This document shows, one piece after another, positions 54,594 to 64,000 of a stretch of DNA of 64,000 nt. Below the pieces are notes generated by a model. That model saw only the letters and a program-made list of their open reading frames with translations, was not told where the DNA came from and made no database searches. This DNA is from Chrysomallon squamiferum (lineage: Eukaryota; Animalia; Mollusca): the NCBI GenBank assembly GCA_012295275.1, contig CM022672.1:9238001-9302000 (forward strand), read 5' to 3'. Within the stretch, counting starts at the first letter, position 1, and each line of letters opens with the position of its first letter. The translations under genes and the position numbers were made by a program.

Positions 54594-55929
54594 GTGAGAT
54601 ACTCGGCAGTCGAACCAATGTTCCTAAACGTGGGGTATTTTCTGTCTTAATCTCTCCAGCTTTGCGCCGGGCAGTTCTTTCCTCACTGAAATCATCCATA
54701 GCTTATCAAGCGATATCGCCGGCCGTTCCTTAACAAGAAACTAATGACAAAGTCCAGCAGCTGACCTTGCACCCGCTAATGTTTATTATTTCTGATTTAC
54801 TAGACAGTTTCCTGTTTAACTGATCGTAGCGGAATCACCATTACGGTTCGTACGACAACGAAATTGGTTGAATTGGAACCTTCAGTTTAGACAATATAGG
54901 CCTGTGTAAACTGGTTTATTTGTTGAACGAAACTCACTGAAACGAAGATATGACCTATGCCTCTCTTGTGACATGGTGGTATAAATAATGTGAAGATTTT
55001 ATCAGAGCTACAACATCATTTTCGTAGAATACATTTGTCATGATTATGATATTTCTTTACCTCACCAATAGAATCTATGAAGAAAAATATCCAAAACTCT
55101 TTCTGGATGGAGTAATTTGAGTAATAAATGTTCATTGGCTAACGTCTGGTTCAGTATAACTGATGTAGTAATTTCGATAAATTCATTCTGTTTGTTTTAA
55201 GTATCAGTTTTAATATATATGTGTAGAGAGATTTTGATTGATGAACATTCACGTTTTCTGTAACGTATACCAGTGTTATCTACAAGTAACCATTTTTTGT
55301 TTTGTTGAAGCGTTTGTTATTTTAAAATGACAGAAAAAAAAAAGAATATAATTATATTTTGGTATAGCCATAATTTTGTTTTCCATTCAAAAAAGAAGTA
55401 AACATAACTGAGTTAGATTTGTGACCTGAATTTGCTAAAGAGTTATCTTGGTATTATCGAAACTGAATAATACTGTCTTATTAATGTTGTAAAATGATTT
55501 ATTTGTTATTGCATACGAAATTCGCTGAAAAGGTTAACATAACTTTACCATAATACAAACAAAAAAAATGTGTGTTCTTTAACAGCGAAAATATATTAAC
55601 CTGCAAATCCAAATAGAGCAATAAAAAACAGTCTGGCCTTTATCTTGAAAGAAATGTGAAAATAAAAAAAGATTTTGTGAATAACTAATCTGCTTACTGT
55701 CGACAGTTTGAATTTAGAAATTTAAAAAAGCAAAATCTTTATAAGATTCGAAGCAGAAATGATCTGCTCAGTCGAGATGAAATTCAGTCGACAGTTCAAA
55801 TTAAGAAATTTAGAAAGCTGATTTAAAACTAAAATGAAAACCTATCGATCCGCTGTCAGTTCTCAGGAGGTTTGAATTTGTTTGTGTATTTGTGTATTGA
55901 TATGTGTGTATATTTGTGTGTATGTATGT

Positions 55930-55980
<51 letters not shown>

Positions 55981-56645
55981 TCGACAAACTTTCATTCCTG
56001 GATACTGCTGTATTGATACAACAACCGACGTTGATTTCTTTAAAATAAATCTAATAAATCTTTAAACGTCACACACCAATATATTCCAGAAACCGTGTAC
56101 TCCACTGTTATTATCGGTAACTGTCCTTTAACACAATTAATGATGCAGAAAAGTGCAATCTTCCATTATTACCTAATACAATCTACACCATGTTGAAAGA
56201 AAACAGACGTGGTATGAAATAAATTAAATTTTTTCTTTCCTTTTGTTGTTTAAGGACATTTCGATATTACGCCTCGACGGTGTAACATATCAAATTATTC
56301 AAGAAATTATCGCCATTCGGATTAAAAAGAAAACCTGCGGCCTTCGGTGCACGTATTAATTTGACATTACCGTGTTGACAACGTATTGGTGTAATGTGAT
56401 GACTTGACAGATACTGTCATTATGTTTCCAGACTGGTTTACGAAGAAAATAAGAAATTAATAATACTGATCAATTATTTTTATATATAACCTTTTATAAT
56501 TATTTATTTCAGCAAATGTCTGATTTCTTATATTCAGAATAACAAAAGTTAGACTGATTGCTATAATGGATATGTTTTATATATTTCTTTGTGGAAAGTT
56601 CTGTTATATGTAATTGTCTACCATTTGTTACTATGATATATAAAA

Positions 56646-56698
<53 letters not shown>

Positions 56699-58023
56699 CA
56701 CCTATTTACTGAGAAACAGACAGAAAAAGAGAGAGCGAGAGAGAAAGACAGGGATACAGAGAAAAGAGAGAAGTCATATACAGTGTTTTGACATAAAATA
56801 TAATTTAGTAACTATACATGTATCCTCTGAATGACATTAAACTGCCAGTGTAATTTTCTGCTGAGATGTTGTCAAACATTCATACATTTTATTTTGATTG
56901 TGTATTCCTGTTTATACAGCTCATTATTTGTATATCTACAAATTAATACAGAGATGAACCTTTGTTTTTTATGGGCACTCTAGGTTCTAGGCAAGGACAA
57001 GTGAGGGTTGTTGCATACAATTAAAATATAATGACTCTGAGGGAAATCTAATAGTGTTCGTCACAAGTAGATGGTTGCAAAAACGACTGGTGAGAACGTT
57101 AACAGGTTTCACTGTACATACGGCAAAGTCCAAATCTTCCTTCAGAGAGGATCGACCTATCGACCTCCAGCATTCCAATGCAATCTTTTATCCCGGATAA
57201 ATCAGGATCTGCTTGATTTTAGATGTCGTTTGCTTTACGTCTGTCAATCTGATTATCAACATCAATTAAACTTCAAAGGGAGGCTTACACTGGATGGTCT
57301 CAATCCACTTATTTTAACATCAAAGAACAGACACTCGAGACTATAAGTACGTTACAAATACTAATTAAAATGGCTTTTCACTTGAAAATACCGGTATTAT
57401 TCTAATTGTTGCAGTATCTTACAGAGGAAAGCACTGTAATATAAAAGCACTTGGCGAATTTCCCAACACAGGACAAGTTTATTGACGAAACATCCTATTA
57501 TCACCCATGATCATTTTTTTGACTGGCTTATTCTCGAATATATACGGTATTGTCATTTCCCCCCCGTATACGTCTTTATCCGTATGGTTCATGTTATGAT
57601 AAAAATACTATCACAATTACCATATTGACTCTGCTATATGATATTTATTACTTGGCAAATTGGTGACTGTTACGATATTAGTTTTGTTGATTAAAACTTC
57701 ATAAACGAATGCGCAGATATGAATTGCCGCGATGCACTGAACATAAGATAACTAATTATTATATTGTTTTTCTCACATTACTGTAAATTACTTTGTATTA
57801 GATATTATCAGCCACTGAAAATAATGTTTGCATACTCAACCATCAGAGATGAATCAAACTGACAGTGTAAATAAAAAGTCGTTGATAGTAATTATTATAT
57901 TAACTCTACGACAAAAGAAGAAAAGCGAGTTTGACGGTACTTTTGTGGTAAAGCACTTGATTCAGCCACGACTGGTCTCAGGATCAATTCTCACTATTAT
58001 TATTATTATTATTATTATTTATT

Positions 58024-58092
<69 letters not shown>

Positions 58093-59179
58093 TTTCTTTT
58101 GTGTCTGGGATCATTAGATATACATGAAAAACCCTGATCAAATTCTGTTATTTCGTGAATTTATTATGGAATATTGAATTTAACATCACAAGTGCTTTCG
58201 GAATAACGCATATATAAGTTCTGACTTACATTACATAGATTTAAGTTAATCGGTAGGTCATCTTTAGTTTCGTTTCTTTTTTTTTATCAGTAGAATGATA
58301 CTGAAAATATTTTATCGAAAAGAAATACTGAGTTTTTCGAAACCTGTAAGGTAATTATTTAAAAAAAAAAAAAAAAAAAAAAAAACTTTCCATTTCAGTT
58401 TTATATGAGAATAATATTAAAGTATTACATTTTGTCATCGCTTGAAAATGCTTAAACTATCCAATTTTATTTTTCTTTCAATCTTAAGTTAATAATTTAA
58501 ACAACCTTTGCTTTTTCGATTTCAAGCCTATAAGTTAAATATCTTGCAAACATCTTTCAGTCATCTTTCTTTTTTGTTCTTCAAACTTTGTAATTGCTTT
58601 CATGTTTTTTGGTGATTTTTTTATTTCTTTTTTTCTCAGGTTTGTGTTCTAATTTAGAAACTCATCAAATACACGTTAGATCAGTTACGTACGTATAAAC
58701 TGAATTTCACCTTATTCCTCGGGGAAATACATCTTTTTAGTTATTTCTGCCTAGTGTGATGCGTTCTGATTGGCCAGAGTCTGGTTTAACATAATCGAGA
58801 TAATAATTTTGATAAATGAAGCCTATGTCTGTTGGTAATCTGTTCCCACTATACGTTTTAGGATAAATATTTTGATTGATGAATATACAAGTATATTCGG
58901 CCTCTTGATTGCTTAGATTTTGGGGTGAATCTGAAGTAATTTTGACGATAAGTAAACAAGGTTTTGCAGTCCTTACTTAGTTTAGATTTCTGGATAAATC
59001 TTAAAAAAAAAAAAAAAAAAATATTGACTCACGCATACTCAGGTTCTGTCAGTTTGTCATTTTGGCCTGACTTGCATAATCACATAAAAACTGTAATCAT
59101 ACTTCTATTATTTCTCCATATATTTGCGTAAAATAATCTTGTCTCAACCTCTAATCTCGTAATTGTTTCTAAATGGCTC

Positions 59180-59725
59180 CCTTTCGTGCGTGGAATTATC
59201 ACGTACCTTTCATGTGTGCCTCGGGTACACTATAGCGCTCTACATCGAATGTGCACAATGTTGTTGTTATTTTTAAAAAAAAAAAATTTTTTTTGTGTCG
59301 CTCTGCTTGAGCGACGTTCTGCTAAAATCAATACTGCAAAGCATCAAAGAACAAACGTCGATGAAAATATAACGGCGTTGTCGCTGCTCCCAGGTGCATG
59401 GAAAATCTTCTCATTTGCCAGTGTTTCCAGCCGCTGGCAGCATGATCTTTATTTCATTTTTGTTTTCTTCATCTTGGCGGTACTCGACGACAAGATTCCT
59501 GGTGTGAAATCTCTAATCAGTCATCAGAATATAACCGGTGAAGACCTCGTTTTGTATTAACGTTATATCACTTCCGGTGTTCTGTCATTGACTGTTGGTC
59601 CGGGATACGGGACGTTCAGGCAGTTTAAAAGGAACGACTTCGATACGCCCAGCGACAATTAGTGACTGCAGCATGGCTGACGACATCGCGGACAACAAGC
59701 CTGTGACGTGATTCAGGTGAACGTT
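59180..59725 (+). promoter_or_regulatory. Putative promoter/5'UTR island for exon H
   Basis: CpG-rich; ETS-like CACTTCCGG near 59570; uORF MADDIADNKPVT* at 59673-59711. Confidence 0.45.
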
Positions 59726-59790
59726 ATGGAGAAAGAAAGACTGCTAGAGAAACAAAGACTTTATTTACACCTGTTCGAAACACTTGCCTC
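59726..59790 (+). CDS. Candidate alternative first coding exon H (MEKERLLEKQRLYLHLFETLA-TC|, phase 2)
   Basis: gttATGG, in-frame TGA at 59678, 21 codons + 2 nt, donor CTC|GTGAGT at 59791; at the end of CpG-richer island ~59180-59790. Confidence 0.7.
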
Positions 59791-62245
59791 GTGAGTATTC
59801 GTAAATTATATTTTGTTCTGTATTGCTGTAAATCGAGCCTGCTGAAAACTTTAGCAACGAGATTCCTCATTAATAATTTCCATAGATATCTCAGTGATAA
59901 ACGTCTGTTCTAGTTAAAGATATCATATTAGTCAATTTCCCTGCGTTACGCGAGCAAGAGAAAAAGGTAATTAAAAAAAAGAAGAAGTTTCAAATGTGAT
60001 AAGAATAAATGGTTGAATTACCTCTATTTTTCAAAATGGTTTAAAGCATTCATGTTATTTAGCAGATATAATTTTCACTGTTTTTCAAAATAACAATGGG
60101 TTATAAAAAATTAACTGGAAAGTGAAACGGATTGATTAAATATGAAATAAATGCAAAAATGTCATGCAACAAAAATGTTCTGTTAATAATTAATTGCTTT
60201 ACTGTTATATATCAGTAACAGATAAAGGGATTTTAATATTTTATTTCTTTTATTTCAAGATATATTAGAATTATTTGTAACAGGACAAATATAAAATAAT
60301 GCCTATCTCTTAAAGTTGTTTATTAACAGATACCCTGTTTGCCTTCAAGGATAGCAATCATTAGATATGTTTTATATATATGAGTAGTGTTTTAGTGTTA
60401 CATGTCTTTTGGAAAATAGTATTTCATTATCAAAGATTGGTTAAACTGAAAGAGATACGGATGCGTAAATGATTGGGTAATGAAGGTTGATACATATGAA
60501 AAGAAATTATCGTTGTTATTTCATAACTTTCGTTATATGTTTCTGAAATTGCGTCATCATGGATCTAACGTGTGTGATTAAATATATATTAATTATTAAA
60601 TATCAAATTATTATTAAGTACATGCACTCGTTTTGATTGCTGTTTTTATTATGTAAACAGTTCTGTTTGGCTTCCTATAATTATTATTTCAGTTCCTTCT
60701 TTTCTTTCTTCTTTGTTTGACGTTTGAGAGAACTCTTTTTATCTCCCTTCAAATAACGAAGATAGGTAAGTTTGCTGCCATTTCTAAAAGCATAAAAAAA
60801 CAACTCACGAAAGTCACATCGTAAGTCGTAAATTGTACTTTATATTCTAGCTTAAGTCTTAAAGGTTCACTGATATAGATTTGTATAATGACATTTTGTT
60901 TTAATGTGAGGAATTACTGCGGAAAGCAGCTGTCTTCAGAATAACTCCCCATCAACATGACAGGTTTTATAACACTTGGAATCTCATTAAATTAACTAAC
61001 AAACATATGCTGCAGGATGTACCTAAATAGATCCAGAGGGGTGTTATCCTTGCATTTAGTTATTTCCTGCGATTTACATGTATACCCTTAATATATAATT
61101 AGAACTCTATTAAATAGAGACAGTATCAACAACAACACAAACGATTAGCAGAAATAGTATATCTCCTGCAGAAACAAGAATATATTCTTTCACAGAGGAG
61201 AAATTCCTATTTTAACTGTGTGTAATAATGATATGGTATAAGTTAATAAGAAGAATTCCTAACCTCTTTAAGAGCAACCACTGCCATACGCTTTTGGTAT
61301 AGTTGCAGTATGTTCTGAATTTTTGTTTTTGTGATATTTTGTCATAGCAGTGAGCAGCATCTTCAAGTCTAATAACATTGAATTCAAAAGACAGGTTTAA
61401 CTGACGGATATCCAACGTCTATGAAAGCAATTTCTGATACCAATTTCTGAAAGCAGTTTTAGAAATAGCTGCAATTATTTTTATACTGGAGTTTTTATTT
61501 TAAGCTTCCGCGATTTGTATGACCATCTGTTAGCTTACTAAAGCTTAATAATTCGACATATTAATTTGGTAAATATACAGTTTATTTAACCGAATAGAAA
61601 ATAATTGCTTGGATAATTGCTAACATGTACAACATGCATTATTAGAGTTGACTTTGAAATTTAATTTCTTAGCATCATTGAGCAACGGTGAATTAAAACA
61701 TTTGCAATTTCATTTCTGAATAACTGAACATCAATGAATGTTGAAAGAAATTCTTCAGAACCTTTAATAACAGCAAGTCACGAGTATACAGAATAACTAA
61801 TACTGAATTTACGACTCGAGTTTCAGTACCAAACATTTGTTCACCAATTTAACAGAAATAAAATAAAAATATTAGATCCGGCTCTGCCAGTGAAACTCGC
61901 TATGAAGTGATTACAGTATTAAAAGTCATGGACACTGCGCTTTTATAACTCTCCTCTGCTGCTTATTAATGTTTACTTGAAACGGCTAAAATCGTTCTCA
62001 TGATTGCTTTACACAAACCTATAATCAAACAAACGAAACCAGACTCCATGATTCTGCTTTATTATACACGTGAATTCGTGACCAGAATTTCGAGTGTAAA
62101 GAGCTTCAAAACGCTCAAATGAAATTATCTTCGAGAGATATGTTGAATACTGCATGTACTTTTTTTACAAACACAACCTTCGCCTCTGTCTCTGATTCTC
62201 CGACAACACCCATTCTGCGTGTATATGTGTTTGTCTGTGTATGTA

Positions 62246-62276
<31 letters not shown>

Positions 62277-62282
62277 ATGTGT

Positions 62283-62342
<60 letters not shown>

Positions 62343-63399
62343 TTATGTATTTACGTGTGCATGAAAAATGGTCATATCAATATCATTCTTCTGTTCATAG
62401 TATTACTTTTACTGACATTCTGCATTTCACAATCTGAATTAAACCCTTATCTCTTTATGGCCTTTCCTCGAAAATTAAATTATAAAAAAAAAGAGGAAAA
62501 TTCAATTCATCATATTATTATAATGGCTTGATGGACGACAGCTTTAACTGGTTATGGCATTTGGGTTTCTCTCAAACAGGTGCTAAGCTGTCATTGTAAA
62601 GTTCCTATGATCCTCTTGCCTTCTAATATTGTTCGTAATGGCGTTCTGATCTTCTTGTAGTCAAGTTAAAAGAATTTAGAGGACCACCTTGTAAGGCAGT
62701 GTTATTGTGACCCTAGCTGTTTCCACATGCGGAAGCTCAATATTATTAATTGAATGGATTTCTAAATTGAAGAATAATAGAAGCGTAAAGGACGTATTAT
62801 ATTACATTCATTTATCGTTGATATATTAAAGCAACCATAATGAATTGTTGTTTTTTTTGGCTTATTTTTCCAACAGAAGGATCTCTTAAGTTTACAGATT
62901 TTTAAATTTTGTCAGTCCTCCTTACCGTAGAATCAATTCAGTATTCGATCATTTTAAAACTGAAATTAAAGAAAGGAAAAATCAATTACAGTATCTTTCT
63001 TTTGTTTATGTCTTATTTGATTTTATAGTTTAGTCTTGATTAATAACGAAAAATAACAAGTGTTAAAAACTAATATATTATAGGCATCCGTTGTCATCAA
63101 ATAAAATAATATATATCTACCTCTGTATGTATGAATACATTTAAAGTTAATATTAAACCTGAGCTAAGTAGTAAAATAAATTGGTGTCAACACAACTGAA
63201 AACACCAATCATAGCACAAATCGACATTGCATGAGTTAATACTGTAAATAACACATATACACCCACACAAATATGCACGTATATAATTCAGCAATGTATC
63301 GTTGTTCATATTAAATCTAAGAATTCATTCAAAGGAATTATTAATAATCCCATTAATCTTTGAAGTGAAAGGGGGAGTCTTTTGTGGCTGAGAAAAGTT

Positions 63400-63430
<31 letters not shown>

Positions 63431-63627
63431 TGACAACTTCTGTGTTAATTTCTTTGTTTGTTTATTTTTATCTACATAGAACTGTGTTATATAAATTAAT
63501 ACTTGTCACCATGCAAGATCGAGGAGAGTACAAAACGAATCTTTAGTTTTCTTAGCTGTTCTTCATTACTTAACATGTTTCGAGTCTTTTTATTTTCATT
63601 CCTCTAAAGAATTCACGTCAGTTGCAT

Positions 63628-63789
63628 CAGCCATGTCAGATTGAAAGTACTTGTGGACCGGACTACTTATACATATTTTTAAATGGGCCAAATCATTTTG
63701 TTTCTGCTATACATTTAATTGCTTGAGAGCCACACTCGAAACCTTCATGAGCCATTAGCGGCCCGCGGGGCACGAAACGTCCGCCCCTG
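63628..63789 (-). mobile_element. Possible hAT(Charlie)-type MITE remnant
   Basis: Minus strand reads CAGGGGCGGACGTTTCGTGCCCCGCGGGCCGC, resembling CAGGGG...GGCCCGCGGGCC hAT termini. No TSD found, and the left end is uncertain. Confidence 0.35.
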
Positions 63790-64000
63790 AGCATTGTGGC
63801 CCGAACGTTGCCACATAATATACAACATTCATTCATATTAAGTCAACTTCGATTTGTTTTATTTTGTTTCTTTACCAGTTGGTACGGCTATTTTATTTAT
63901 AATATTATTCCCAATAATGGTATTTACTTGGAGGTTTACTCTGAGGAACTGTAAATTCAAACCCGATATATTTACAAATAAAATTCAGAGGGATCCATAA

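Noticed and set aside
57071-57346. 91-aa ATG ORF MVAKTTGENV...
   Set aside because: No recognisable domain and no compatible splice signals; length is within chance.
63879-63950. 72-nt phase 2-2 open segment after a good acceptor, as the common exon
   Set aside because: AT-biased peptide (WYGYFIYNIIPNNGIYLEVYSEE), weak donor ACT|GTAAAT, and no recognisable domain.

Overview
AT-rich (roughly 30% GC, estimated by eye), microsatellite-dense animal genomic DNA. It is probably a mollusc, since the degenerate tRNA-derived SINEs resemble, from memory, the gastropod Meta-SINE type. There are no prokaryotic features, and almost all ORFs in the supplied track are artefacts of simple repeats. The main signal is a series of short CpG/GC-richer islands on the + strand. 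Many end in an ATG-initiated short reading frame followed by a canonical GT donor. Seven strong cases (1263-1339, 6144-6316, 12368-12411, 21621-21808, 31295-31365, 35928-35956, 59726-59790) and several weaker ones all end in intron phase 2. A further phase-0 starter (42829-42861) is followed by a 41-nt internal exon (44455-44495) that converts phase 0 to phase 2. The simplest reading is that the whole window is the 5' variable region of one large gene, with about 8-12 alternative promoters/first exons splicing distinct N-terminal peptides onto a shared phase-2 exon beyond position 64000. The gene cannot be named from this window. Other features are SINE remnants, degenerate tandem repeats, a split inverted repeat (29382-30071), two hairpins and candidate 14-nt microexons. 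All exon calls are sequence-based predictions without expression data.
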